From NCBI GenBank assembly GCA_002633005.1, contig NMRA01000614.1:158089-222088 (forward strand): a DNA stretch of 64,000 nucleotides. Reading direction: 5' to 3'. Both the position numbers and the translations under genes were made by a program. The DNA comes from Phoronis australis. Taxonomy: Eukaryota > Animalia > Phoronida. Shown here in pieces: positions 38,317 to 51,020 of the stretch (position 1 is the stretch's first letter; every line of letters begins with the position of its first letter). The notes under the pieces were generated by a model. That model was not told the DNA's origin, made no database searches, and saw only the letters and a list, made by a program, of their open reading frames with translations.

Positions 38317-38578
38317 CTTTAAAGCAGTTTTCGAGGAGTGTTCTAAACTCTTGTTTGACATCATCATTAAGACTGCTAGGTACATGCATCAAAGTCAACT
38401 GACGTAGCTTCAGTAGCAAGTCCTCGCTGAAAGTAAAGTCAGTCCACTGTACAGTGCTGCCCTCTAGTTGACTTTTTATGCCTCTCACTGAATCCAGACA
38501 TGCCAGCGCTTGGTCGACAACTGAAACTGACACAAGATGATGATGAGAAGGTGGTATGTTTGAAGTTCTAAACGCCAT
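38317..38578 (-). CDS. RlaP-like NTase gene coding exon 1 (MAFRTSNIPP...LENCFK)
   Basis: AG acceptor 7 nt before aaaATGg; G|GTatct donor, phase 1 matches the next exon. Confidence 0.75.
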
Positions 38579-40359
38579 TTTGTTGCTAGACAAAAAATCA
38601 TGGTGAATATTCAGAAAACAATCCACGATAACAGGGCACGGAAATGACTACCACAACCTACCATAAAAGAGACACACAGACCAAAGTCCCTGATCAGTAT
38701 ACCAAGACTCTGTGATTAAAATCATGCTACTGCACTAGATTGCAACCCTTTAACTCTGCCACTTGAGAGGGGTGCGTTTGCAATTAATCTTGAAAAGTTT
38801 CATCGGTTCTGTGAACTGAGTTTTCATGGCAAGGGTGCAGATGCAAGTTTTTCCTGGATTTCTGATGGGGCTCCCACTAGTAAAAAAGCTCCAAAGGTCC
38901 CAATAATGTACGAGAAAGCCCCCATAAGGACTATTTCAGAATCACTTTGTATTTTTGGTTTGTGTGGAAAGTGAAGATGTCAATATTTGCTCAACTTCTG
39001 ATCTCTGAAATGACTGTAGAAATATTTCAAATTGATCACTTGTCAACAAAAGCACCGCCAGACTTCTCTTACACTGACCAAGCTGCAACCTGAAACCTTC
39101 CTTCTACAGCATTACTTAAAACACCATGGCTGTGACAAGACACATTTTTAAATGGCAACACCAATCACTTAATATATTTCTCACTTGTCAAAACCCTTAG
39201 TCTAAGTTTACAACTCCAACAACATAAAACACAAAGCAGTAAATCCTAAAGTAATTTATCTAAATGAACTACAGAAATACTGGAAACCGTGGGAGTCTAT
39301 CTTTGCTGACTAAGTCATCGATTCACTGATACAGTGTACATATATAAATTACACACTTAAAATTAATCTGAGTGGGGCCTGCACTGGGTGACCAACGTGT
39401 ATAACATGTGTATCATATAAAATTAAGCACCTCAACACTATCGTCAAATTTTTGTTATGTAATATTTGAATGTCATTGCCATAACATTATTGTTAGCTAT
39501 TTGTAATTTTATGTTTGAATAAAAAAAGAAATAAAACACAAAACAGCAGTATTCTTATATATCCCCTGGAAGACAATGCTTCCAACTTTTCTCTAAATTT
39601 CACCTCCCGTTAACAAGGGCAGAGGGCACTCTTGCTTTTTCTTTGCCTTGAGAGCATTAGCCAGTCTTTCCTGTGATTGTATGGCATCTGTCACTAACTT
39701 CAACAGCTGCACTGTAGACATCCTTATTTAACTAAAACAAAGAAAATTATGCGAAGGTCAAGTAATAGTTTCTTGCATATTCTTGGTAGGAAAAAAAATT
39801 ACTTCCAAGCCAACGCAGTGCCTTAACCATACCCTTTGTAATCTCAAACTTTGTGAAACATATCAGTAAATTTTGAAGGCCCATAAGTCAGAAGGTTCAA
39901 AAGTTCGAAGGTTAAACATTTGTTTTGGCTTTACCTTCCATGACAGTGATGTCATAGGATGTTAAAGAGCTGAAAATGGTGACACAGAATCTTCCTTTCA
40001 CCTTGATAAAAAAACAGTGCTCCATTATGCTGAACATCTTTTCATTGAATTTCATTGCACAATAACTTACTATGATTAGAGCATGTTTGCATCTAGCCAG
40101 ATAGAACTCATTATATTTGGATTAAATACATGAAAATAGATGACAGACATTTAAGTGATGAAAACAAACTTTCTTGGTGCACAGAATTGACAAATATTCT
40201 TGGAACTATGATCCATACTAATTTGTCTAGTACAATGGCATGCCTTATTTGCAGCGACTCAAAAAAAAGAAGTTTCCAAATATTATGAACTTGAAAGTTT
40301 TAGAGCAATTTAATGAAACTTAAATAATGGTCAATGCGAATTATTTGACACCCATGATT

Positions 40360-40595
40360 CAGAGGCGGATCTACAGGGGGGTTCGGGGGGTTCAAACCCC
40401 CCTCCTTGGGACAGGATCAAAAATAAAAATTGAAAAAAATTTCGCCAGAAAAACAAAATCAGCTACTAAAAACCACAAAAAGTCTTACACTGGAGGAGGG
40501 AAACCCTCTTCAGACCTTCCTTCCCCTCGGTGCTACGCGCCTCAGATTCACTCGAATCCTAAACCCCCCTTGCTGAAAACGTAGATCTGCCACTG
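40360..40595. mobile_element. CAG..GCGGAT MITE with TSD TGATT
   Basis: cagaggcggatctac / gtagatctgccactg; TGATT on both sides. Confidence 0.8.
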
Positions 40596-42119
40596 TGATT
40601 TATCTTTTTGAGTTGACTAATTCTCTTAATATTTGTTGATCGCGGGTGTGATGTGATGTCTGTGTGCATGCATGCACCTACATACATGATTGTTGCTCTT
40701 TTTATACTCTAAAATAGTAAATATTCAATAGATTTCTTACAAGAAAAACAAACGTTTCTGTGATAAATGAGAGGTTTGAAAAACATGCATTATGCTATGT
40801 GCACGATCTGTGTCTTTTCAATGCCTATTCAGTCATGTTGAGGCACTGGCATTTGTTGCTATTTGGGCACAGCCGGGGATACATACTACGTCCCCCTACT
40901 CCAGACCCAAGGGCAGCACATGCCCCTTCGTATTTTCTTTGGAAAAGGAATATCTTTCATTCGTCATGGGAACACTTTTCCCTAAGGAATTCAGCAACAT
41001 ACTTTTATTTGTTATAAAGCTGAATGGTGGTGCACGAAAATAATATACCATTTTTAGGTCATTTTTCACTTACATGACTGTAACAGGCAAGGTTAGTGTC
41101 TCAAACTGTCGCATTTTACAAAGAGGAAGCAAGCCTATGAGATACGCAGATAAAGACAATGAAAGACAACATGCACATACCATAGGGCCTACGTAAGTAG
41201 CTCATTACTATAACTGATTTTGTGTATCCTTTTTGAAACTAACCTAGCTGCTTTAACAGAAGGAGTACAACTTTTTACTCTAAAATTTGTAACTTTCAAC
41301 TCTTTTTTGAAGTCATGACACTTATGGTTGCTTTGATTTTGGATGTTTTAGCACAGTCACATATGTATGGAAAAGTTGCATCCGGCAGAGCAATGCATGA
41401 TAAACTGAGTAGTTGTTTTTTTGTGTACCATGGATAAGGTGAACGTAACTTGTCCAGCGAATTACCATTTACAAGTGCGGGATGTTTTGCATGCAGCCTG
41501 TCCGGTCGATACCTCATACCTGTTATACAATGGAGAATAACACAAAACTTTTAGCAAACATGTTGATACACATTTAAACTAAGGGAGGGTGACATGCTGA
41601 CTGCAGAGCTAATCAGGTGGTGTGAAATTGTGAGGTAGACATAAAATTTACAAACATTGCACCCTATCTGTATACTGACTTTAGTCTCCATGCAACTAGT
41701 GTTGGCTGGCTAAGACCAGTCTTGGACTGAGTGCCTAAACCCTAACTTAGTCTGACTAAGAACAAGTCATGGATCAAGGCAGGTCGGAAAAACTGAAATG
41801 ATATCAGAGTTCCCGTCTACTCTGTAGTTAGCCGTCGTTTTGTAAACATCTTAGCCTCAATCATATGTTGCTTGCCAACCTCACCAAATAAAACATCGAT
41901 GACTCAGTTAACTGGTTAACTCCGGTCTCTTGCTGTACACTCGTGACAGGCAACGACTTCGTGCAAACTGCCAAAACAATGAAAAGCGACACCTATTGCT
42001 AGAACTTCTTGATGTCTTCAAATGGTTTCATTCGCTAAGTAGCCTGCTGAACTTTACAAGCAACTGTGTGATGTCAACTATTATTAATAAATATTCAGAT
42101 ATGCAGCTGATCGGTTAAT

Positions 42120-42429
42120 ATGTAATGTTTTAAACGCTCCGCTAAAACGTCGAAAGTTTTTTACAGCCACTACTGTTAATCAGCGCATGCGTGACTATCT
42201 ATTTCCTGTAGAATCTCGATCACGGAAGCAAAGTCGTCTTCGTTATGAAACGAGCTAATTTCTTTAATTAGTTTGTTACCCATGTGTCACCATGTGAGCT
42301 TTCAATTGATTTTCTGGACGTCAGTGAAGATTGTGGTCGCTGAAAATGTGCTTTGCGAAGAGCTGTACACCTCTTTTGCAACCTGAATTGACTTGAAGTT
42401 CCCGAAAGTCATAAATCGGCATCGACAAG
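42120..42429. promoter_or_regulatory. Putative bidirectional promoter between the NTase gene (-) and SOS (+)
   Basis: Head-to-head gene orientation; CpG-richer patch with GCGCATGCG (NRF1-like, 42183), CGGAAG (ETS-like, 42223) and GACGTCA (CRE-like, ~42317). Confidence 0.5.
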
Positions 42430-42537
42430 ATGTTTTCAACATCAAGTCAAATAACTGCCGAACCATCTAGTTACGATTTCGAATCGGCCGAGAACGCTGG
42501 AAAATGGAAAGACATATTCATAAATGCTCTTCAGCAG
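42430..42537 (+). CDS. SOS1: Son of sevenless (Ras GEF) coding exon 1 (absent from ORF track)
   Basis: MFSTSSQITAEPSSYDFESAENAGKWKDIFINALQQ resembles human SOS1 [22 protein letters not shown]; CAG|GTatac. Confidence 0.9.
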
Positions 42538-43036
42538 GTATACCTTCTTACTTCCAATTTCTTATGCCAACGTCTTAGCATTGCACTGTCTATTGGGTTT
42601 CATTGATTCACAATTTCTTGCTTATTTTAGTTATTGTTCATTGTGAAAGTATTATGAATTAATTGATAACCATTTGACTTCACTTTAAGAAAGCGATGAC
42701 AGCATGACATGAATATTTAACTTAGAATGTCTTCACGTTTGCTTGTGTCATGACTCTCCTTGCCCTGTCATGAGGACATTACTCTGTGGTATTTTAACCT
42801 GGCTTTGTTCAAGTTATTGAGTTTTGGGATTGGAATCTGTGGTATGCGTATTCAAGCTATTCAGGAAAGTTGGATTATGAATAAGCAATAGAGTGTACAA
42901 ATGTTACATATTTGAAGTTTGGTAGTTGGTTTTTGGCCTAGTTGACCTGAAGTTTTGGATGTGTGTAGCTGTAACTTGTTTTTTGTCAGTCATTATTTAA
43001 TGGAATTGAAATAATGTGAGAGTTGTTTGCTTCATG

Positions 43037-43196
43037 CAGGAGCGGATCCAGGATTTTGAGTTAGGGGGGATAGGACAGAGTATTAGCCAGGATTTTGCCT
43101 GTAAGACATTCGCAACCCCGAAGTGTCAAATGGAATATGGGAGAATTTTAGGGGGGGCATGGCCCCCTTGTCCCCACCCCCTTAAATCCACCAGTG
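43037..43196. mobile_element. CAG..GCGGAT MITE, same subfamily as 9319
   Basis: Shared agtattagccaggattttgcc...gacattcgca...caaatggaat core; TCATG/TAATG flanks. Confidence 0.75.
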
Positions 43197-46100
43197 TAAT
43201 GTACTTTTACCTATCTTAATTTGTGTTCTTGTGACCACCTACCTTATCCTCTCCAAAAACACAATTGAGACAAGGTATGGTCTTCCAAACTCTGACGATA
43301 TACCTCAAAACATTTACACGTTTTGCTGATAATGTGCTTGAATTATTGGATGTTTGGAATTGTTTGTGCCATGTCCTGAGATTATCAAGTTTCATATAGT
43401 GTAAAGCCATTGGTTATCGCTGTACCACAGTTAATCCTTATTTACTGTAAGTGTGGTAACGGTAACTACTTCTGGTCTGTGATGACGCAATTGGAATCCG
43501 TAGTTACTTTAAAACAGCTTCATGTCACAGTCCCTATGTTCCTCTATATATGTTCAAATATTTTTACAGTTGTAGAACTAATTGTTTTTACACATTGCTT
43601 TAGTCTCGGATTAGTGTTTTACGTAATGTGTATTTAGTTGGCGTTAGGGTATCGATGGATTTTCTCAATTAGTTTCATCTAGTAGCCATGGCAACGTTTC
43701 TTTTTCAGTTTTGAATACAATATGGCTGAACAGTGAAAAATTAATTTATCAAAATTTTCAACAAAAGTGAACAGGAACAAAACGATACTTCATCAAAAAG
43801 CATTCGATGAAGTTTGACTATTTTTTTGACTGTGTAGTAAGCTGTTGGATGTTGAAAAAATTATGATTTCGGCAATTATTTTTGTTCAAATTTTAGGAAA
43901 CTTTACTGTAGATTCCACAACATTTTGTCTTCCGAATGATTATATCAATTATGACAGAATCTTTTCTGGTAAATTTTCATTGAATCGAATTGCTAAGCAG
44001 TTTATGCATAACGTAGGGGTCCAATACTGTGAAAACACCCAGATGTCCTCAAACTTTTCACTAATGCTCCAAGCTATACCCTTTACACTTTAGTGGCGCC
44101 ACCTTTATGAATCTTTCCCGTCTGTGATTGGCACGGGCCTGTCTGGTCTTGTGGATTGTTGTCTATCACAAAGACTGTTGGCAGTAAATGTTGGCAAAGT
44201 TGTTTTAGCCTGCTGAGTGGCGTCATGACGACACTTTTTGGCACAGACAGGTGTCTCTGACCTTAGCTACAGTTCACGCTTTGTTGCATCTAGTGAATTA
44301 CAGGAATGCAGTGCACTCATCCATCACTCATTGGTTTTTGGCATTTTTTAGTCTGCATATTGCCTGTGTGCATATTTCTAACTCAGTGCTTGTATTAACT
44401 TGCCGCTGGTAACAAGTATGACATATTTTATTGTGTGGTAGGATACTCACTCAGTAGGTGACTTACAAGTCTGGAGGGTGTGTTTACAGGGTAGGATATT
44501 AAGCTTAGTTAGAAAGTTATGTGGTAAATAACGTCTGCTCAAACGTAACCACTGTGTGTTAATTGTACTTTCTTATTTAAAAATAACTGAATTGGAATGC
44601 AATTGTTAAATTTTAGTATTGCATTTTAAAGAACTGGTTATGACACATGAGGATATGGAATTGCCAAGTTTCAATTAAGGCGAAAAGTTAGGTATAGTAG
44701 ACAGTATGTTTATTATTAATATGCTTTGTTTTGTCTCTTTTTCTGGTTTCCAAAGTGTTCAGTCATAATTATTTGCTATTTATGAATCAAGTCCTGCATT
44801 AGAGATAAGCAACTTCTACGAATGTGGTCCAAAGTTGACTAGTTCAGTTGTGCTTTTTATTTTGTATTGAAATGAATCAAATTTGAGAACTTCCTTGTTG
44901 AACACTACAGTAATGAAGGTTTCTTCTTTTTTAAGTTTTGCAGCTGAAGTGGTTGGGTTGTCTTGGTGTGTTCAGTACCAGTAGGTTATAGCATGGCACT
45001 GTGACAGAAATGTCGAAAATGCCAATGGGGAATCAACTAAAATGAAAGAAATAGTTTTCTTAGAAAATTACACTTGAGATAACGTACCAGCATTGATCTT
45101 AGAAATAAACAGTTCATTACACAAATGGTTAGAGTTGGGTACCAGTATTTAAAATTGGTAGGATACCAAAACGGCCAATATGAAACGAAAACTCTTTATC
45201 GGAATTGGTTTTCATCAAAAGTTTGACTTTTGAGTGGAATCACAGGTCTGTAACCACTTTATGGTAAAAATTCTCCAATTTCAGACAGTCTCTAGAATTG
45301 GGACGCGGAAACTCCCGGAAAAACTGAATTTGCTTGATTCAGGAATTTTGGACAAGGGCAATTTTGATGTTCACCAATCTTTCTCCAGTTTCGGGCATTG
45401 TCTTGTCAATGTACTGAGTTTGTAATTTTGCTGTCTTTCCGGTTATTCTTGAATTTAGAATGGCCTATATTTTCTATTGAGCAAAATAATTATGTTTTCA
45501 CTTTCCAAACTAGGGAATTTTTACCATAAGTGGATGTTAGTGGTGCTCGCATTTATGTCCACAGTCATGTTTTGGGTTCTTAGGAAACACTGTTAATATT
45601 TTTAAATTGCACTTTAGTTTTTTGTTTTCCTAAGTCCAACTGCATGCGACACGTTGGATTGCATACCTGACGGGGCTGTGGCTAAAACGTAAACAGAAAT
45701 TATGACGGCTCCTTGTGCCAGCATCGTCTGTGTTGCTTGCACAGCTGATTGAAGTGGAAAATTAAGCATGAAGATGTTAAATTGGACATTTTTTAAATTT
45801 CTTGGTATTGGCTGAGGTACCAACTACTTTTTATTTCGATACTTTTCTTGTATTTTTTGTTTTGGTATTTGGTGCAATACCAGCACGTGAACTGGTTCAA
45901 ACCCTTCGCGATTTATTCATAGAAATTATGTGATTTTGTGAATTCTTTGCACTTGTGTGTTAGATCAACTTCATTGTTTAATGTTCAGTAAGTGTTTATT
46001 TTGTGTCGTAATGCTGACAAACAAATTGACCTATCGCCAGAATTTTGAGTGACGGCTTACGTGACCAATCAGAACGCCGCATTGTTGACACACCTTCATT

Positions 46101-46870
46101 TCCAAGCTGCCATTTTACCCGACAAACAAGATGTTGCCGGGTAAATCTTATTGTTTGTTCGTCAAGATTTTGCAAGGGGGCAGAGCTTGTGATAGGTCAG
46201 TTGGCAAACAGGGCAATTATCGGTGCTGAATGCTCAATGTATGGTTCTTCCCTCGTTAACCAACTCATTGCCTGACATTTTGAAAAGTAGGTCAGTTTTG
46301 TTATGAATTTTTCTATATCCGCAAGAGAAGAGAGTTCGATCCATGACAGGCTTATTGTTTTGGGCTTCTTTTCAACCCTGGAGGTACTCCTATCTCTTTA
46401 AAACTTCGGTTGAAAAGATATAGTCATTTTTAATAGCATGACATCCGTTCTTGTACTGTTCGGGCTTAGTGGGTTAACAATTCAACTTTCTGTTTGTCGG
46501 ATACGAAGTAACAAAAGTGATAGGTTCATGGAATTAATCCTGGCTACAATTGGGTGTTGTTTCTAGAACAAAAACCACTTTAATTCGGGGACCTTTTCAA
46601 CATAGGACATTTCTCTGTGAATCGCTTGAATAATCTACTGCATGGCAATTGGCAATTCATCGGCATGAAGGGGGCAAGGAATTTATAAAAAATGCTGGGA
46701 AATATACCCTATTCATTAAATTCATACAAGAACAGGGGATGCTGTCTACCAACCAGACTACCCTATCACCATTTAGGTGTATGTCACCATGTCACCGCTA
46801 TATTGGAAAATGACTATTGTTGTGGAACCATTCGTACGTTACTAACTAGTGCTGCCCCCCTGTGTTCCAG

Positions 46871-47131
46871 GTGCAGAAGCAGGTGCACCAGTCATTGACG
46901 GCCCGTGACGATGCTCTGCAATATGTGGAGTCTCTAATTCTCAAGCTGCTAGGCATCCTGTGTCAGTCGCAGCCCCACAGTGTGCAGGATGTGGAGGAAC
47001 GGGTACAGAAGACCTTCCCCCACCCTATTGACAAATGGGCCATCAAGGATGCCAAGTCGGCCCTGGAGAAGGGCGGCAAGAAGAAGTCGTCGCTGGTCCT
47101 TCCGGTCGAGAAGGTGCATCCTCTGTTGAAG
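46871..47131 (+). CDS. SOS1: SOS exon 2, histone-fold domain
   Basis: VQKQVHQSL...[19 protein letters not shown]...[11 protein letters not shown]. Confidence 0.96.
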
Positions 47132-47725
47132 GTGAGTCCTTTGTGAAGGTGGGTGAGATCCTGCAATTGAATGGGTGGTGTCACTGCAAATGTGGATGTG
47201 CTCTTTCAAATGTAGATGAGGCCGTTACAAAAGTGTACGAGGTTCTGCAGAAGTGGGTGAGGTCACTGCAAAAATGTCATTCAAAGACAAGTGAGGTCAC
47301 TCCAGAAATGGCTTAGATGAGGGATACCTTCCACTTAAAATAACTGCACATATTTACTCATAATGCACTGTTTTAGGCCACTTGAGTGTGTTCATGAGTT
47401 TGAAATCTCAACTGTCTTTGTGTGAGCTATTTATTGAGACAAAGATGAACATTGCTGTACCTCTTGGTTTTGATAATTTGCTAAGGGGTTGGCATTGTTT
47501 TGGTACTTTTAAGCATTGCCAAACGTGTAGCACTTGTTGTTTGAAAATCTTTGTGATGTATGCATTCCATAATCTCTACATAGCTGGTCAAATTTCGCAT
47601 TTTGTGCTGTTTAATTGAACCTCGATAACACAATTGTTGTGGTATCGTGTCATGAGATTCTAGCAGCCGATAAGATTGCCAGAAAACGGGATGTGCAGTG
47701 AAAAAGAAAATGTTTTCATTTTCAG

Positions 47726-47809
47726 GAGGTGCTAGGTTACAAAATTGAACATCAAGTTTCCATGTACATAGTAGCTGTGCTGGAGTATATCGCTGCTGAT
47801 ATCCTGAAG
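47726..47809 (+). CDS. SOS1: SOS exon 3, histone-fold domain
   Basis: [28 protein letters not shown]; ttcAG/GTaaga. Confidence 0.95.
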
Positions 47810-48115
47810 GTAAGATTTCATCCATCTAGAATACTGGCCAATAGTCTAACATGGGTTTGGGATATTTACATAATATTAAAGGTACTTGTGATATAAAGTT
47901 GCATTTACCCGACTCTCTTGACACGACGCAAACTCGTGTCATGTCAACTCGTTCCATGATGAGCATTACCACCTATGAGTATTTTTTTGATGTTTACCCT
48001 ATTGCTTGCCAGTTTATTTCCAAGAGTATGTCTGTTTTTAGAATACAATTGAATATCAGTCAACGTTTTGTGACCTGGAAATGTCATTCTTAAGCTGTTG
48101 TCTGTCTGTTTTCAG

Positions 48116-48196
48116 CTTACTGGAAACTATGTGAAAAACATGAAACACAGTGAGATCACCCGTTTGGATATACAGGTGGCCATGTGTGCTGACAAG
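48116..48196 (+). CDS. SOS1: SOS exon 4
   Basis: [27 protein letters not shown]; ttcAG/GTgagt. Confidence 0.95.
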
Positions 48197-48220
48197 GTGA
48201 GTGTGCTTCTGGACCTGTTT

Positions 48221-48485
48221 CATGAAAAGTGACTTTAGACTAAGTTAGAAATCTGGTCGTGCGCTCCACACAACTGTTTCTGAAAAACAATTAAATCTCG
48301 CTCGAGCAAAATAGCATGGTCTGTGAAAATATATGCATAACTACTACATACTGAGATGATTTCTGTAACTTATTTGTAGACAGTTATTTACTAATGAATT
48401 GCATGGCTAAACCTTTACTCAACAATTTTGAAGTGGGAACGCAAGACCAAATTTCTATCTCGAGTCTTACGTCACTTTTATTGAA
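48221..48485. mobile_element. MITE with ~45-bp imperfect TIRs just after SOS exon 4
   Basis: aaagtgactttagactaagttagaaatctggtcgtgcgctcc / gggaacgcaagaccaaatttctatctcgagtcttacgtcacttt. Confidence 0.7.
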
Positions 48486-49215
48486 GTAGATTCGAACCTG
48501 ATGCTGCAATGTTCTACACTTGTACTAGGTAACGCCATCAGATTTAAGAAATTCAAAAATCGACACTGAGCATAGACTTTGAAACTAACTTTTTGAAAAC
48601 ACATGGTTGGCTTTGACATGAAGTACTGATGAGTGTGTTAATGCCATGAGAGTTTTGGTTATGTCAGTTAGTAGGTGTGCAATAGTTAAATAGAAAATCG
48701 GCATAATCTAGCTTTTGTTAATCACAGGTAAGCAAATTAATTACATGCAGCGAAGGTGAAGTTGCTCTTGGTGGTATTCACAGATCTGGAGTTTTAAGGA
48801 TTAAAAGTTTCACATATAGCCAGACACGGATGTTGAAATGCAAAAAAAATTTTGAAAATTTCGGTTGGGCGTATCATGGAACCGGGATGTTAACCCAGAA
48901 AATAAGAAAACATTCTAGATGACTGTGAAGTTTGACTCGGTCTGTTGTGAGTGTGCGGAAAGCTCAAAAGCAGTTAGTATCACCCCCCAATTGCAGCTGA
49001 GGTACACCCAACAGGGGTAGCCCCAAATGACACGTAACCAAAACAGCAATGCTCTAACAAAGGAGCATCAACAGGGCACGCTGATGTAAATATATTCGTG
49101 TCGGGAGAGGTGAGGATATGTTACAAGAAACTTTTAGTAACAATCGTAATAAAGGCCTTATTTCTCGAGTCCTTCCATCTTGTTTTGATCACGTGTTTCT
49201 GTCCCGATCCACCAG

Positions 49216-49410
49216 GTGCTGATGGAGATGTTCCAACATGATGAAGACATCCCGCTGAATGAGGAGGAGGAGCCTGTCCGACGAGGCTCGCTCACCTACG
49301 AGGAGGTGGTCAAGGACCTCATTCTCGACGAGACTCAGTATCTCCGTGAGCTCAGCATGATCATAAAGGTCTTCCGCGCACCGTTTTTTAAGAAATTCCC
49401 CAGGAGCAAG
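49216..49410 (+). CDS. SOS1: SOS exon 5, start of DH domain
   Basis: VLMEMFQHDED...TYEEVVKDLILDETQYLRELSMIIKVFRAPF. Confidence 0.95.
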
Positions 49411-50012
49411 GTAGGTAGCAGTTATGGAGGACCTTATTGGGAGGCTTGTGTATTTAGCCAAGTATTGGCAAAACTACAGATTATTTTCTTGTATTCAAAG
49501 ACCTGTAGAGTTTGATTTTTGACTCTTTATCATCCCATTGAAGCGCATGACTATGTCTTTCTAAAATAATTTAGGAAAAAAGAAGGGTACATTGATAGTC
49601 AAACATCAGTGTTAATAACATGATCAAATTTGGTATTAATGTTCAAGGTGAGAAAGTGTCTGAAAGTTTCATTCGAATCCATTCAGCGGTTTCTGAGGTA
49701 TGATTTTTTAAAGTTAGCCAAATATGGACATTTTTAAGGGTCCCACGTAACCGGAAGTAAGCATGGATTGATCAGTACTTGATTTTTTGTAAACTACAAT
49801 TTGCAAACTCGCAAAATACTGTGTTAGAAGTCAATTAACATTAGAGCAGTTGAGGAGGGAACTAAATATTTTAGGTACTCTTGGTGCAAGATTATGGGGT
49901 GCTTTTTAAAACATGCTGATGACATTCATACAATGGTTCTGTTCTCCCATGGCAAAAGCTGAAGGCGTCCATTTGTACAATACAAAGTTTTCTTATTACC
50001 TTCCTGTGACAG

Positions 50013-50153
50013 GATTTGGACGTGATCTTCAGCAATGTTCTGGAACTGTACAATGTGACGGTGAATTTAATCAGTGCCCTGGAGGAAACGGTCGAGATGA
50101 CAGAGGAGAACGCCACCGCGCTGGTCGGGGGGTGCTTCGAGGACTTGGCAGAG
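50013..50153 (+). CDS. SOS1: SOS exon 6, DH domain
   Basis: DLDVIFSNV...LEETVEMTEE...VGGCFEDLAE. Confidence 0.95.
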
Positions 50154-50644
50154 GTCAGTGACCTTTTCAAACCATCCAGGCAACCAAGCAGTTGTCTAAT
50201 TGTGACAGCCATCATGGCTGTCTGATGAGGGGTTAATTCGTCGCTGCGGAGTTTTTCCTGCCAATTTGTAACACCCAAAAGAGAGTAACTGATCACTGGA
50301 ATGTTAATGCATGGCGCTCATGTTCGTGACTATGGTAATAGATCGATAAGAAATATCGGTTAAGAGCAAACTGAAATGAAGTTTTGTCATCCTATGGCTC
50401 ACCACGTTTTGTTGACAATATGACAAAAGAAATATTTTTCATATTTTTAAACAAAATGTTTGCACAACATTAGAAAAGTGGTAAATAAAAGTAAAATATT
50501 GTCAAAGTCTATTACGTATGCTGAGCTGCTTTATTGCTTGGATGTTTTGTTCATTACTTGTTGCTCTGTCACTAAGTTTTGTTTGTTCGCACGATACAGG
50601 TCGCAATTTTCGTCCGATCATCACGAAATTTACATATAACACGT

Positions 50645-51020
50645 AGTTCCGGAAGTACTGGAAGCCTATTGTTTTTCGCCATTTTGTTTTCATTTAAAGG
50701 TTCAAATGCTTCTGGAGGCTACAGTTTGTTTCGTAAAAGGCTAAGAATGGGCACAGTAAATGGCCTGGAAGTTTTCTACAAGTATACTGGAAATTGTTTA
50801 CTTCCGGTTAAAGAGAGCGGGAATATCGGCGATCGCGCATGCGCACCTCGATTTTTGCCTAAAAACGTTTTCTCCTGTAGAGGGCGCATTATAAAACCAA
50901 TTCCTTCGAATTTTTACAGGTATTAGTTTCTTATGACATGCTATTATACAAAGCCAAAAAACCGGAAGTTGCTTTCAAGATTGCGGATCTGGCTCATGTT
51001 GACCCATTTTCAGTCGTGCT
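50645..51020 (+). repeat. Dispersed repeat with a second diverged copy at ~53160-53555
   Basis: Shared gaagcctattgttttt, ccattttgttttc, aaaacgtttt...agagggcgcatt and ttttcagtc blocks in the same order. Confidence 0.6.

Larger units (their letters stand above)
25544..38578 (-). other. Gene span: 12-exon, 602-aa tandem Pol-beta-superfamily (RlaP/Nuc-transf-like) nucleotidyltransferase
   Basis: Exons of 262,182,160,124,118,190,173,135,45,138,114,168 nt (1809 nt) join through GT-AG sites into one uninterrupted ORF; GSxxYxLxTPxSDxD motif. Confidence 0.88.

Noticed and set aside
25544-38578. Bacterial contamination as the source of the RlaP-like gene
   Set aside because: Eleven spliceosomal introns containing the same MITE families as the flanking Erg and SOS genes
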